DNA of 64,000 nt from Pseudovirgaria hyperparasitica (GCA_010093815.1 ML996594.1), one strand, 5' to 3'; numbered from the stretch's first letter, positions 1-13,300 are shown. Program-made: numbers and translations. Notes: a model not told the origin generated them from the sequence alone.

Positions 1-1257
1 TATTTATTAGCTTTCTTCTCTAATTTATATAGATAGTTAAAACTTAATAATACTATTTCTAGTCTTTTATAGATTAACGGGAGTAGTACTTTATAAAACT
101 AGAATATATAAATATTTTTCTATAGTATAGGGATATTATTCTATAGGTTTTAAAGGTATTATAGTAGTTAAGTAGGTATCTAGTTCGGTTATTATACTAC
201 GCTTCTTAACTTAGATAGTACCTTTCTTTTATATTCTCTATCTATTCTAAGGGTATTTAGTATAAATATAGCTAGATATTCCTAGGTTATCGTAGATAAT
301 AGCTATACTTCCTTCTATCTATTCTATTAATTATAGAATTATAAGTCTAGGTATTATTCCCTAAATAAAATATATTATACTTTAGTAGAGAAGAGTAGTA
401 GATTATTAAGAAAGTACTTTTTATAGTCTCTCTTCTAGTCTTTCTACTCCTTTTAGTTCTTCTCTATAAATATAGTTAGATCCTTAGATTTTAGTATATC
501 TAGAGAAGAAGTAGAGTAAATTAGTAATGAAGTGGCTAGAAGTATAGTAGATTATTATAACTCTAATAGTAGGTAAACTAATTCCACCTAAATTAGTATA
601 GAAGATTATCTATCTACTATTATTTAGCGTAGTTCTTTAAGAGACTCCTTAAGTTCTTATCTCTTTATAAGAAGTTTTATATATTCTATCTACTCTTTAA
701 GAGTTTAAATCTCTTAGGCTTAATTAGTAATATACTTCTATAGTTTAGTAATAGTTTATTATAATATCTTATATAGCTCTACCACGACTTATTATCTAGC
801 TTTATATTATTAGAAGTTACTTAGTATATCTACTATTTCTTTATCTTAAAGCTCTATAATTTAGTCTAATATCTCTACTTCTTAGTTAGAAATAGCTAGG
901 ATTAATACTAATTATAGAGGATCTCTATTATTTATTATAGTATTACTTATCTCTATAGTAGATTATATTAATCTTCTTAGTTCTAGTTAGACTATCTTAA
1001 CTATAGTACTATATAGATAGTAATTTAAATATAAGAATAGAGTTATTAGATAGTAGTATAGTTAGATAGAATAATAGAGTATATTCTATTATAGAATAAA
1101 TTACTACTAAACCCTTTTAGTAGAAATCTAAGAGTATATATATAAAGGAACGTTAATCTATCTAGTATATAACCATTTACTACCCTTTATACTACCTTCT
1201 AACTATATTAGCTAAGGTATATATAGATCGGGTTATACCTAAGACTAAGTTCTAATA
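1..1257 (-). mobile_element. Probable 5' LTR + gag of a third Ty3/Gypsy element ('C') inserted in left Gypsy B; continues beyond window
   Basis: Homology of left Gypsy B to the right copy stops abruptly at 1258. The minus strand then begins TATTAGAAC (RIP form of a TG.. LTR start), and gag-like coding relics follow at ~250-500. Confidence 0.5.
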
Positions 1258-1510
1258 ATATATTAGATTAAAACCTTTTAAGTAATAAGATATAGAATAT
1301 ATTATAGACTTTTATATTCTTTCCTAGGTTTAGCTTATAGACTCTTATACTAATATAATATTTAACCTAGAAGGGACTAGCTATTTTATAATTAAGCTTT
1401 TTATTTACTTATAATATTTATATATTATAGATATTAAGAAGAACTTTATCTTTCTTCTTATATATTTAATCTTTAACTAATCTTTTATAGTACTTTATAT
1501 ATAACCTTAT

Positions 1511-1596
1511 GGCTAGGTGGCGTAGTGGTAGTATGCTACGTTACTAGAAGCGTTTGTTATCTAATATCGTGGGTTCGAATTCTATAACGGCTACCT
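1511..1596 (+). promoter_or_regulatory. tRNA-like head of SINE with Pol III internal promoter (A and B boxes)
   Basis: GGC(C/T)AGGTGGCGTAGTGG...GTGGGTTCGAATC..., ending GG(C/T)(C/T)ACC followed by a T-run; conserved in all three copies. Confidence 0.75.
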
Positions 1597-2450
1597 TTTC
1601 ACATACTAGTTTTCGCACGCTCTATTAAAAAGTATGTAGGGCTAAGCGAGCACGTGACGTGAAGGTTACCGTTATATAACTACTTAGTCCTAAGCGACCA
1701 TTAGGTAATATAAAAATGACTATACTATTATCACATAATGAGAATTACCTAATATAGCCATCTACTAAGCCACCTTAAGTAGTAGAGCGACGCCTAGAGC
1801 GGCTAGACCCATAACTAGCTTAGCTCGAATCATAGAATTTTCACCATATACCGGGGCCTTATCTACCCTAATCCGGCTTAGCTCGCGCTTACTCCGGCTC
1901 GGCAACCACGAAATAGATAGTAATACCTAATTAAGTATCCCGTCTACCTATAGACGATTACATAGCCCCGAAGAATAATTTCCGAATTCGGCCTAGCTAG
2001 GGTTAGTACTAAGGCATGGACCTATTAGATATATACCCCCTCTAGCATTAGTTATCTTAATTAATAACTACTACCTAGCATAAAGCTATATTCCTATAGA
2101 TAGGAAAAAAACACGGTAACATAGGAATAAAAGACTAGGCCTAGCCTAGCGACCTACCTAATCATAAGAAAGGTAATACCTACTATAGTTGGTTAGGGCG
2201 TTATTAAGAGCCGGTACTAATATAGTAATAAAAGCCTAATATAAGGATAAGAAGTAAGTTTATCACCCAATGGGATTCGAGGACTTAGACTAGGCTAGGT
2301 TAGGTTAGTAATAGGGTCTAGTTAGGGAGCCAATTACAGGAGGTTTTCTTATATACATAGCAGCCAATACTAGAGGAGGCCTGAGCCTATGGAGCATATA
2401 TATGGCTATATATATAGTTCTTCCTAGTTAAAACACTAATATTATTATTA
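1511..2450 (+). mobile_element. tRNA-derived SINE, copy 1
   Basis: A-box TGGCGTAGTGG and B-box GGTTCGAAT in the first ~85 nt; (TTA)n tail; 16-bp TSD TTATATATAACCTTAT at 1495-1510 and 2451-2466; two more copies in the window. Confidence 0.9.
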
Positions 2451-3332
2451 TTATATATAACCTTATTTACCTACTAGATTATTATATAATAGTTATATAT
2501 AGTTTTAAAGATTTTAATTACTAGTTTCTATATATAGATATTAATATTTATTATTTAGTTAAACTAGACTATATAAGATTTTAAATCTATTCTTAGACTA
2601 TATTCTAGGTTTATCTAAAAGGGTATAATATCTATTATACTATAATAACTATTATTATATATAAATTCTACTATACTTAGTAGAGAGGCCTAGTTATCTT
2701 ATTTAAAATTATAGAATATATAAAGATAGGTCTTAAGTATTTAGTTCTATTACTCTATTTAACTATCTATTTATAGATAAAATACTATTAATATATATCT
2801 ATTTATACTAGCTATATTATAGAATAATATCTAGAATTTATATATAAATATACTCTCTTAGTCTATAATAATTCTTTTTAGTATACTATAGACCTTAATA
2901 ATCTTATTCTAGAATACTTATACTAGTTCTTTTAATATAATTATCTTCTATATAGAGATATATCTAGATATCTTTATAAGTCTATCTATAATAATAAGAA
3001 TTAAATTATAACTTATTCTAAGTATCTTACTTAGAGATAAGTTAACTATAAAATCTATAATAATATCTTTCTATATAAAGAGAGGAACTAGTAGAGACTA
3101 TAAATTCCTATATAGCTTATATCTAGATGCCTTTATTCTTTAATAAATTAGATAAGTAGCTATCTATTCTTTAATATACTTAGGTATATCTTTCTAAAAA
3201 TAGTACTAACAAATTAAGCTTAGGGTACATATATACCCAAAATATTCTACTAGGTTAGCGTTATAGTATTAGCTAACTATAGTAAATTATATATTATCTA
3301 TTAGTATATAGTACTTTCTATTATAGTAGAGT

Positions 3333-3535
3333 TATTATGGACTTCGGCTTTACCTTGTCTCTAGTATTATATAACGGAGCCGGGACGGATAGAGACTAGT
3401 ATAGGGGTATCACGTGACCTCGCTTAAAGACTATACTTAAAGCTATAACTATACGGCTTATCCCTACTCTCTCTAAGTTAAATTATAATATATCTTAATT
3501 ACCATTATAGTAACACCTTAGTTATATCTATTATA
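3333..3535 (+). repeat. 5' LTR of Gypsy A (203 bp)
   Basis: Direct repeat of 16485-16686; starts TA where the 3' LTR has TG (RIP change). Confidence 0.92.
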
Positions 3536-3599
3536 TTAATTTAACTTTAATTATCTCTTTCTATACGTGGCCTTATAGTATAAGATAGTCTTAACCCGT

Positions 3600-4815
3600 A
3601 AGACTCTAATCTAATATAGTAACTCTCTAACTCCTTCCTTAGCTTTCGGGACGAGATATAGTCTATCCACGAGTCTATTACGGCCGTCTAAGCGGTAAGT
3701 AAGTCTTAGATATCTAATATTAAATATAGCGTCTATACGGCTCTATAACGTATTAACGCCCGCCTCCTTACGGTCGAGTTATATAGCTATACTCCCGCTA
3801 CCTTAACTTATAGTAACTCGTCGCTACCCTAGCCCGACTCCTCTCCGGTAGCGCTCTAACGTCTATATAGGCCCGAACTAGCCTTTCCTACACGCGCTCC
3901 CGCCTTACTACTTTCTACGCCGTATATTATACTTAACCGGACTCCTAAGAGAAAGTCCCTCCCCCTTAGCGACCCGTATAACGGGTCTAAGACTCTCTTC
4001 TATATATAGTCCGTTACGATATGGTATAAGATTACCCGGGACGCTAACTTTATTAGTACCTATAGAGACTAAATAGCCCTTATTTAGGCTAACCTAGCGC
4101 CTAAGATATAGAGGGGGGTTAGCGCCGTGTATTCTACTAGAGGGCTAAACGGCGACTAGAACCTATACGCGTTCTTAGACTACCTTAAATTCTAGTTTAG
4201 AGATACACATACTAAAGGGCGGGCCCTCTAGCGGTTAAATATAATTATATAAAAGGTAAAGGAGCCGTTCACGGAGTACTTTATACGGTTCTATACCGCC
4301 CTCTAGAAGGCTAGGGGAATATACTAGGCCGACGACTAGAAGCTTATACGGCTCTAGGACGGCCTTAACTAGAAGATCTAGGCGGTAGCCCTAAACCGGG
4401 GCCTCCTAGACTAGTACGAGGCCGCTATAGGCCGCCTTAGGGATATTAGTATAGATATAGAGTTATTCCGGCTCTATACTAGGTAAAGCGCCGCACCTTA
4501 AAATAGGCCTAGTAAGGATAAGAACGGTAATATAACGATATCGGTAGTTACTATTAAGGCCGTTAAGATAAAGGGTAAGAAGTAAGCCGCGTTACTAATA
4601 GTAAAGGGTAAGAATAGAGTTAAGAAGAAAGAGACTCCTTTATAGATCCTAAAGGACTTATTCTAGAAGCGCCGCACGGCGGGCGTATATACCCGGTACG
4701 GCTAGGCTAGCTACTAATACTAGGGCTATCTAAACGCTATTAATATACGAGCGCTTAAGGTTACGGCCCTAGCTTAGAATAATACTAATTCCGACTCTAA
4801 GGCGAGGGAAGTATA
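3600..4815 (+). pseudogene. gag: gag relic of Gypsy A
   Basis: De-RIP CX2CX4HX4C knuckle (GVCTRCGQAGHWYQGC-like) at ~4682-4730; many TAG/TAA stops; ends approximate. Confidence 0.7.
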
Positions 4816-5120
4816 GCTCTCTACTAAAGCCCGGGTCGGGGGATATTACTATATTTAGTAAGAAATAAAGCTATAGGCGACCTAGATAATAGCTCCGACC
4901 TAGAGGATAGTATACCCGCTTAGGTTATAGACGGACCCCTACCCGTTATATTACTATTTCTCTAGGATAGAAAGTATAATAATAATAATATTAGTAAACT
5001 AGGTAGAGTACCACTCTATAGGCGTATGCCTCCTCTAGTCTAAGCTACTATATAAGAAGAAACCTACGAATAGGAAAAACTCCCTTATATCCATAACTAC
5101 GCTCTGTCTATCCTCTCGTT

Positions 5121-5795
5121 NNNNNNNNNNNNNNNNNNNNNNNNNNNNNNNNNNNNNNNNNNNNNNNNNNNNNNNNNNNNNNNNNNNNNNNNNNNNNNNN
5201 NNNNNNNNNNNNNNNNNNNNNNNNNNNNNNNNNNNNNNNNNNNNNNNNNNNNNNNNNNNNNNNNNNNNNNNNNNNNNNNNNNNNNNNNNNNNNNNNNNNN
5301 NNNNNNNNNNNNNNNNNNNNNNNNNNNNNNNNNNNNNNNNNNNNNNNNNNNNNNNNNNNNNNNNNNNNNNNNNNNNNNNNNNNNNNNNNNNNNNNNNNNN
5401 NNNNNNNNNNNNNNNNNNNNNNNNNNNNNNNNNNNNNNNNNNNNNNNNNNNNNNNNNNNNNNNNNNNNNNNNNNNNNNNNNNNNNNNNNNNNNNNNNNNN
5501 NNNNNNNNNNNNNNNNNNNNNNNNNNNNNNNNNNNNNNNNNNNNNNNNNNNNNNNNNNNNNNNNNNNNNNNNNNNNNNNNNNNNNNNNNNNNNNNNNNNN
5601 NNNNNNNNNNNNNNNNNNNNNNNNNNNNNNNNNNNNNNNNNNNNNNNNNNNNNNNNNNNNNNNNNNNNNNNNNNNNNNNNNNNNNNNNNNNNNNNNNNNN
5701 NNNNNNNNNNNNNNNNNNNNNNNNNNNNNNNNNNNNNNNNNNNNNNNNNNNNNNNNNNNNNNNNNNNNNNNNNNNNNNNNNNNNNNNNNNNNNNN
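5121..5795. other. Assembly gap (675 N) within LINE copy 1
   Basis: N run; the equivalent interval in LINE copy 2 is 37031-37597 (567 nt). Confidence 0.99.
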
Positions 5796-8640
5796 GCCCA
5801 CTAGGCTTTAAGTACCTCCCTCTATTTATTCTAGATCCACGACCGTATAACGCGGCTAAGCTCCTTAGGGCTCTATTAGCTTAGAACGGTGTCTAGGTTA
5901 TTTCGAACCTCCTATACGGTCTAGCTCGAGTCCACCTCTATATAGTATTTATATTATACTTAAGTTCGTCCTATAGTAGGGAGGGCCTAGTAATACACGT
6001 AGATACGTGTACGTAGTATGGCGAAGGTATATACCCTATCTCCTCCACGTTCTTATACTTATTATTTAGTAAAGTATATAAGTCTCTATATCTAGTAGAA
6101 GTTCTATATACTTATTACGTTTATCTCGCGTCGGAGAAGCGTTATATTAGTAGCTTTATATACGCCGGAGATAAGGCGGAGTATACGGTTTTATATAGAC
6201 TTAAGCTTTACCCGCCGAGCTTATATAAGGGCCGTATACTAGTACTCGTGTCCGTATATAAAGGCTAGGCGTGCTAGGGAGACGTATAGCTATCTCGCCT
6301 TATCCTAGGCTATTCCCTACGTAGATACCGTAATCTAGTATATAGCGGTTTCTACCTAGAGGGCTCTAGAGACGGCGTGTACCACCTATGGTCCCTATTT
6401 TAGCTTATTATTAATCATAACGCCGAGTACTCATATACTCTATACTAGTGGTTCTATAAAGGCGTCGATTTAGGGGCGACGTGCCCCCTCCCTAGTAGCC
6501 TATCCTCTACGGCGGTTAATAAAGTATATAAGCTAGTATTTTTTAGATGTAAATTTTACTCCATGGCGCTTTACCTACTAGACGTATTTCTCGTGGTCTC
6601 GTTCGAGTCGTATACATGTTCTACTAGTACTACTATTAACCGCGAGGAGATATATATCGTCTACGTATCCAACTACCTCTATATATTCTATTCTCTAAAG
6701 GAGGTCTACTATAAAGAAGAGGAAGAGGATCGGGGAGATAGTACTCCCTTACGGGATACCGTATACCGTCTCCTTATATTCGCTTCGGTATCCGGGGATA
6801 TATATTTAAGTAGTCCTTTACGCGAGGAAGGACTATATAAATCGTATAATCTACTTAGGTATTCGCCTCATCCGGAGGTTATAGATAAGTCTTATATGGT
6901 TTACCTTATTAAACGCCCCTACTATGTCTAGGGAGAGTAGCGTAACGACTCGTCCTTATTTCTATATAGTCTAGATAACCTTAAGGATATATTAAATAGC
7001 TATAATTAGGGAGCTTTCTACCTTCACCTTCTGGTTTACTAGGAGAAGGCCGTATACCTATACTACTATACTTATCTTCTTAGTAATCATAGCTTCTAGT
7101 ACCTTACTAAGGTAGAAGAGGAGGGCGATCGGCCTCCATCCCTTCGGCGTGTTTAGACTCTTCCCTAGTTTTAGAAGTATAACCGTGTATATAGTTCGGA
7201 AGCTCTATAGGTAGTATCCTATACGGGCGCACGCTCGGAATATATGGCCTATAATCGGTAAGGTCGCCTATATAGTCCTCTTAAGGCATCGATTCGGAAT
7301 TCTATCTAGCCCGGGCGCTTTATCGTTCGGGAGTGTCTTAATAGCGCCGAGTATATTATCGTCCGTGATTTCCCTAGGGATACTCACGGCTTCTAGGTAT
7401 TCCGTACCGTCGATATCTAATAGATCTACGGGTTCTAGAAGAGGGAATATAACCTCTCGTAGAATCTCTATTTTCTCAAGGCTCGTGGAGTACGTCTTTT
7501 CTTAATATATAAGGGGGGGTATAAGTAGTATAGGTGTCGGGGAGGCGGTACTTTTAGCCCATTTTACTATATACCATAGTCTAGTAGTATTACGTATATA
7601 TCTATCCGTGACTATACGCTACTATTTACGTCGCTTATTATAGAGGACCTTATCTTATTATCTTCTCGCCTCTCTCTATTTATTCTACGCTTTAGATATA
7701 TAGTTATAGTATACGCGTATATATAATCTCTAGACTTCTCGCCTATGCTCTCGTACTTAAGGTATACTTTTCGGGTCTAGGGGTCTATATATTTAGTACG
7801 GCACGTGTTTATCTCTTACTCCCTAGTACGCCTATAGGAGTGTATTCACGGCCTGGTTAATGGCCGGGCCATTAGATACGTCGACTATAGACGGGTCTAG
7901 GATCGTCGATTCTAGGTCCTTTAGGTACTTTTCCTAGTTAGTATTCTTCTATAGCTATCGCCCTCGTTAGTCTTAAGGGGTAGATACGTCTATTACGGTC
8001 TCTATATATTCGTGGTTGGAGTCTATCTATATAAGGCTTAGGCGGTAGTATTAAGTCCTATTATAAATGTGTCTAGTGGCTAGGGTAAGGTCGAGTGTAG
8101 ATCCGCCCTTATCTTATTTATATTTTCGCTAGATAATCTATTCTACTAGTATAAGAAGGTATAGAAAGCCGTGGTATTAGATATATAGTTCTCTAGCTCG
8201 AAGCTCTTCGCGGGTAACGGTTAGTCTACCCTACTAGCTATAATAGAGGTTAAAGTCTCCTAGGAGGATGTGTTATCCTAGCTCGGTAGTACCCTTAAGT
8301 ATATTATCCGCCTAAAGCAATCGGTTCTAATTATATATATTATATATATAGAGGGGTCTAATATTCGTCTAGAGGTATAGTATTATCTAGAGGTTATCCC
8401 GTTTAGTATATAACCATAATAAGAGTAGAATAGACTTATAGACATGGAAGAGGACTCTCCTCTCCGGTCCTAGGGGGTGTATTATATAATATTCTAGGTG
8501 TGTTATTAGTTTATTCGTCTGGTAGTATTTATATAGCTCCTATATAGCGAGTATTATAGCTCCGGTCTCCTTAAGGAGTATCGCCTAGTTCTTACGTTTA
8601 TACTATACGTTTACCTATATAATTAGAAGTATATCTTAGT
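5796..8640 (-). pseudogene. LINE copy 1 ORF2 (endonuclease + reverse transcriptase), RIP-disrupted
   Basis: De-RIP motifs GDFN (~8245-8260), SDH (~8015) and YADD (6657-6668); 3' end lies in the gap. Confidence 0.8.
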
Positions 8641-8699
8641 CTCTTATTAGGTACTAGGGAATATATAGGCCTATATATTCGTTCCTCTAAGACGCGACT

Positions 8700-10107
8700 A
8701 TCCTTATATAGTAGCGGCCTTAGTAATTCCTCGGGGCCGTCCTATTATTAGCTTTCTTAGGACGGTTTACCATTCCTAACCGCTTCCTTATAAGGAGGTA
8801 GTCTATAATAATAGTATTATAGTAAAGAGAGGAACGGTAGTAGGTCGCATCGTTTATAGCTACCTTACTCTCTTTATCCGGATTAAGTGGATGTATTCGG
8901 TAACCTATTTACGTTTCGCGCACGTAGCCGACCACGACGGGTACTTACCGTCGTAGTTAGAGCACTTCGCCGTGTCTCTATCCCTCTAGCCCTCTTCTCG
9001 TGTCCCGTAGGGGCACTCCTAGGTACTATATTCTTATTAATACCACCTATACCTAGTCTTTTAGGAGCACCGCTATGCTATATACCCGTATCCCTAATAG
9101 TTAAAGCACTATATTATCGCCTATACTCTATCCTATAGTTCCGCTATAAGAAGCTCCCCTTCCGCTAGAAATCCCTCTTACGTAATTTAATACGCGAGGG
9201 CGGGGTCCTTAAGCTCTATTATTATAGTAGAGTATACCTTCGATCTGGTTTTAATCCCTTATATATTCTTCTACTATACTCTTACGATCTTAATTCCTAG
9301 GTATTTTTACTTATTTAACTATTCTATCCGCGTAATATCCTCTTCTCTAATAACCTATCCGCTTATAGATATAAAGTATACCTATATCGGGTATATGGCC
9401 GCCCTAATAGAGGCGCCTAGAAAGATACTACTAATCGCGTTCGGATCACGCGAGATAGTCTACTACACGATATTCGTTATTATAGTAAGTACTACTTCTT
9501 CTAGCGTAAGTTTAGCGACGACGACGTTTAACTATATTCCCTTTTATTTATTAATCTTACTTACTATATCCTTTAGAGATACTTACTAGACCTATACTAG
9601 GGTGTCCTTATCCTAGATTACGACGCGTATACTATATACCGCGTCGCCGGTCCGGGGGGCCCGTAGTATAGTCTCCGGTATTACTACTATTTATACCTAT
9701 ATACTAGGGCGCTTACCTTAAGTAAGTTCCTCCTAGATTCTACGTAGGCTGGCCTCTATTTAGTCGAGCCTACCCTCTAGTCCTCCTAGTTATATCTTCT
9801 TCTCCTCCTCCGTAATTCCCTTTAGATTCTAGATAAGGTCCTAGAATATATATAGGAGGGTCTTCTAGCCCTCTCCGGCTTCCTTCTCTATACGTACTAC
9901 CTAGTAGTTAATATAATCTAGGAGGGTTTCCCCTCTCGGGGTCCCCTTTATTCCGTCTATCTATAGCGGCGTGCGCCTTTAGGTATGTTCTACGTTTTAG
10001 ATAGGTATATAGTTACCCTTAGTAATATCGCTATATAGCCTTTTCTATCGTACTAGTGGGGGTATATCCGGTATATACCGGGGTATATCGGTGCCTAAGG
10101 CCGCCAT
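8700..10107 (-). pseudogene. LINE copy 1 ORF1 (gag-like, zinc knuckles), RIP-disrupted
   Basis: ATGGCGGCC start retained in copies 1, 2 and 3; QCFNCQGYGH-like knuckle near 9080-9115; stop position approximate. Confidence 0.75.
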
Positions 10108-10399
10108 ATTTATTAGTTAAGGGCTACCCTTAACTAATAAAAGGGGGTCGGCGTATTAGTATTCTAGTAGCGTGGTCCGTGCCTCTATCTCCGTAAGGAT
10201 TTTAAGAGGGTATATATATATCTTTACACGGTAATAACGTCTTGGTTTCGACGCTATACGTACGTGCGTATAGTAGTAGTTAGTATACTCGGTGTACTCT
10301 ATCGATTAAGGTATATATCTCGCTGTATTACCCTAAATGGACCAAGTTAGCCTCTTAGGGATATAAAAGAAGTTTTACGTATTGTTAATAGAAAGTATA

Positions 10400-13300
10400 T
10401 AGATACCTTAGTAGATATAGGGTGTAAGTATTTCGCGGTGGTTAGCCCGGCCCTTACGGCGGACGTAGCTAAGTCGTGTATCTTGGTCCTATGTCGTTAA
10501 GTAGCTCTCGCCACTAATAGAGTATTAGAACTAGAGATTACGGAAGTCATTACTATCTAGTATAATATTACGGGGTAGCGATAACGCCTTACCGCCTATA
10601 TAGTACCCGGGCTAGACCGGGATTTTATCCTTAGGAGTCTATAGCTCTACTAGGCCGGCGCCGTTATCGATATACGCGTAGACGAAATTACGCTTTACCG
10701 CGCCCACGGCCTTATAGCCCGGGATATTAATACCTATAGGCGCCTAATAAGTATCTAGGTCCTTACTAAGAAGGGCCGTATTCTTAGGGGTCTAGAGATA
10801 GCTTACCGCCGTAGGCGAGTAGTCGCTACTAGTATCCGCGACATTACCCGCCTCCTATAACTTATACTCCCCTAGTTACCTCCGGTATCTAACTAGGACG
10901 CGACTAAGCTTATAGAGAATAGGCGCCCGCTCCCGTTAACGCTATACGCCTACCGCGATCTCTTTAATAAGGAAAAGGTATCGACGCTATCTCCCTATAG
11001 AGAGAATACCGACTACTATATCCGCATTAAGTCTATACTAGCGGGAACCCCTATAAAGCTCCCCTAGGGACCTCTCTATACTATATCTCGGGAATAACTT
11101 ATAGAGCTCCGCCGCTAGCTTACGGATCTTATAGATAAGGGATAGATACGGGCTAGCTCCTTAGCGGCTAGGGCGCTAGTACTTCTTATCTCTAAGCCGG
11201 GAGAGAAGTAGCGGCTATATATTAACTATAGGGCCCTTAATAGTATTACTAAATAGGACTAATACCTACTACTACTTATATATAAGACCCTATATACTAT
11301 TAGTAATACGTCGTGGTTTAGTAAGGTAGATATCTAGGCGGTATTCTATAAACTACGGGTCGCCGCTAGGGACAAATATAAGACGGCCTTCCGTACCCGG
11401 TTCGGCCTCTTTAAATAGATAGTTCTCCCTTTCGGTCTCTCTAGCGCCCCTATCTCCTTCTAGTACTATATTAATAGAGTACTAAGCGGGGTCCTCGGGG
11501 TTACCTATATAGTATATCTTAATAATATCCTTATATATACCCCGGGTACGTTAGAAGACTACTAGGCTACCGTAAAAACTATTCTATCTCTTCTTATAAA
11601 GGCGGACCTTTACTATAACCTTACTAAATACCGTTTCGCTACTAAGGAGGTCCGGTACCTAGATTATATTATTACCGCTAGGGAGTTAATCCGCCCTAAC
11701 CTAGAGAAGATTACCGCTATCTAGAACTAGAAGCCCCTAACTACGGTCCGGGGCGTCTAGCGGTTCGTTAGATTCGTAAACTTCTACTATAACTTTCTCC
11801 CTAACTTCTCTACTATAGCGGCCCTACTCTATACCCTTACTAAGGCCGGGACGGCCTTCTACTAGGGCCTGGCTAAGGACCGCGCGTTTAATACGCTAAA
11901 GAACGCTTTTATTACCGGGCTAATCCTCTAGTCCTAGAACGAGATACGCGATATAATAGTCGAGGTAGATTACTCTAGACACGCAACGGGTAGATATCTA
12001 TCCTAAAAGGTTTAGGGTATTTAGTATCTAGTAGCCTACTATTCCGTAGCCCTTACGGCCGCTTAGCGGAACTATACGATCCACGATAAGGAGCTCCTTA
12101 TAGTAGTTTAGTATCTCTAGGCGTGGGAACCTAAGCTCCGAAGCGTCTACCGCCTCTTTATAGTCTATATAGACTATAAAAATCTCGAGTACTTTACTAA
12201 GTCTTATCTTCTTATTCTATAGTAGTAACGATAGTCTAACTAGCTTATACTATTTAACTACGACCTCGTATACTAGCTAGAATTCTAGGCGGCCCGCCCG
12301 GATACCCTAAGCCACCGTAACTAGAACTTATCTAAAAAGTCCCTTCTAAGGGGACGGCTTATAACCCTACGGGCCATTAGAATAGCACTAGTAAGTACCC
12401 GCTCTAGGGAGTTCTATCTCCCCTAGGGACGAAGTATCTTTACCGACCCCTATCTCTAGGAGCTCTAGAACTAGGCTATTTAGTTAGTCCCGGTATACTA
12501 GGTCCGCTATAGGGCCGTAGTAGACGGGGTACGCCTCTTTCTACTAGAGGCGCTTACTACTAAATAGATTATAGACTATATTATATTAGTATATAGAATA
12601 CTAATATAGCGGGGGGTCATTTAGGTGCCCGAGTAGGAACCCCTTACTATAACTATTATCTAGAAGTCCTATACCTCCCCCCTCGCGGGCTATCCTAGTA
12701 AGAATAAGACTTATATAGCTATTTGGCGGGAGTACTACTAGAAGCGGATATAGACTAATATCCGGTAGTTCGTGCGAAACTATAACTACTATAGAGCCTA
12801 TATAAACTAATATAAGGCCCCTAGCCTTCTCTAGCCTCTTCCGACGCTAGACCGGTTCTAGTCCTAAATTTCTATGGATTTTATAACTAACCTCCCCTAA
12901 TTAGATCTATCCCGGCCCCGATATCTTCTTATTATTATAGACCGACTCTTAAAGTTTATTTAGCTAGAGGCGATAACCTCTATAGTAGCTAAGGACTACG
13001 CTACGTGGTTCCGTAACACGTAGTAGCGTTTCTAGGGGTTCCCCTAGTTAATAATCACGGATCGGAGCTTAGACTAGCTTAGGTAGTTCTAGATAACCCT
13101 CTACTCTATAATAGGTATATACTAGAATCTCTCTATGGTCTACCACCCGTAGATAGACGGCGGTACTAAGTATACGAACTAGGAGGTATAGACCGTACTA
13201 CACGTTATAGTAACTTTTAAGTAAACTAACTAGCCGGAATATCTCCTAGTATATTAGCTCGCCCTTAATAACTATACCTTATTAGTAACTAGTATAGCGC

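Larger units (their letters stand above)
4979..10387 (-). mobile_element. Full-length Tad1-like LINE, copy 1, inserted just before the protease motif of Gypsy A
   Basis: Trinucleotide tail (TAA repeats on + strand) at 4979; 12-bp TSD ATAGAAAGTATA (4967-4978, 10388-10399); ORF1 ATG at 10107 with CCHC knuckles ~9030-9115; ORF2 APE endonuclease and RT (YADD relic 6657-6668). Confidence 0.92.

Noticed and set aside
1511..1596. Functional tRNA gene
   Set aside because: Always fused to the same ~850-nt body inside TSDs, RIP-mutated, and no clean anticodon arm; it is a SINE head.
5097..5801. 234-aa ORF
   Set aside because: It is almost entirely the N gap.
6563..9589. Plus-strand ORFs at 6563, 8887 and 9395 (and similar ones at 38395, 41113, 60314, 61159)
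   Set aside because: They are antisense shadows of RIP-mutated LINE sequence and recur only because the LINE is repeated.
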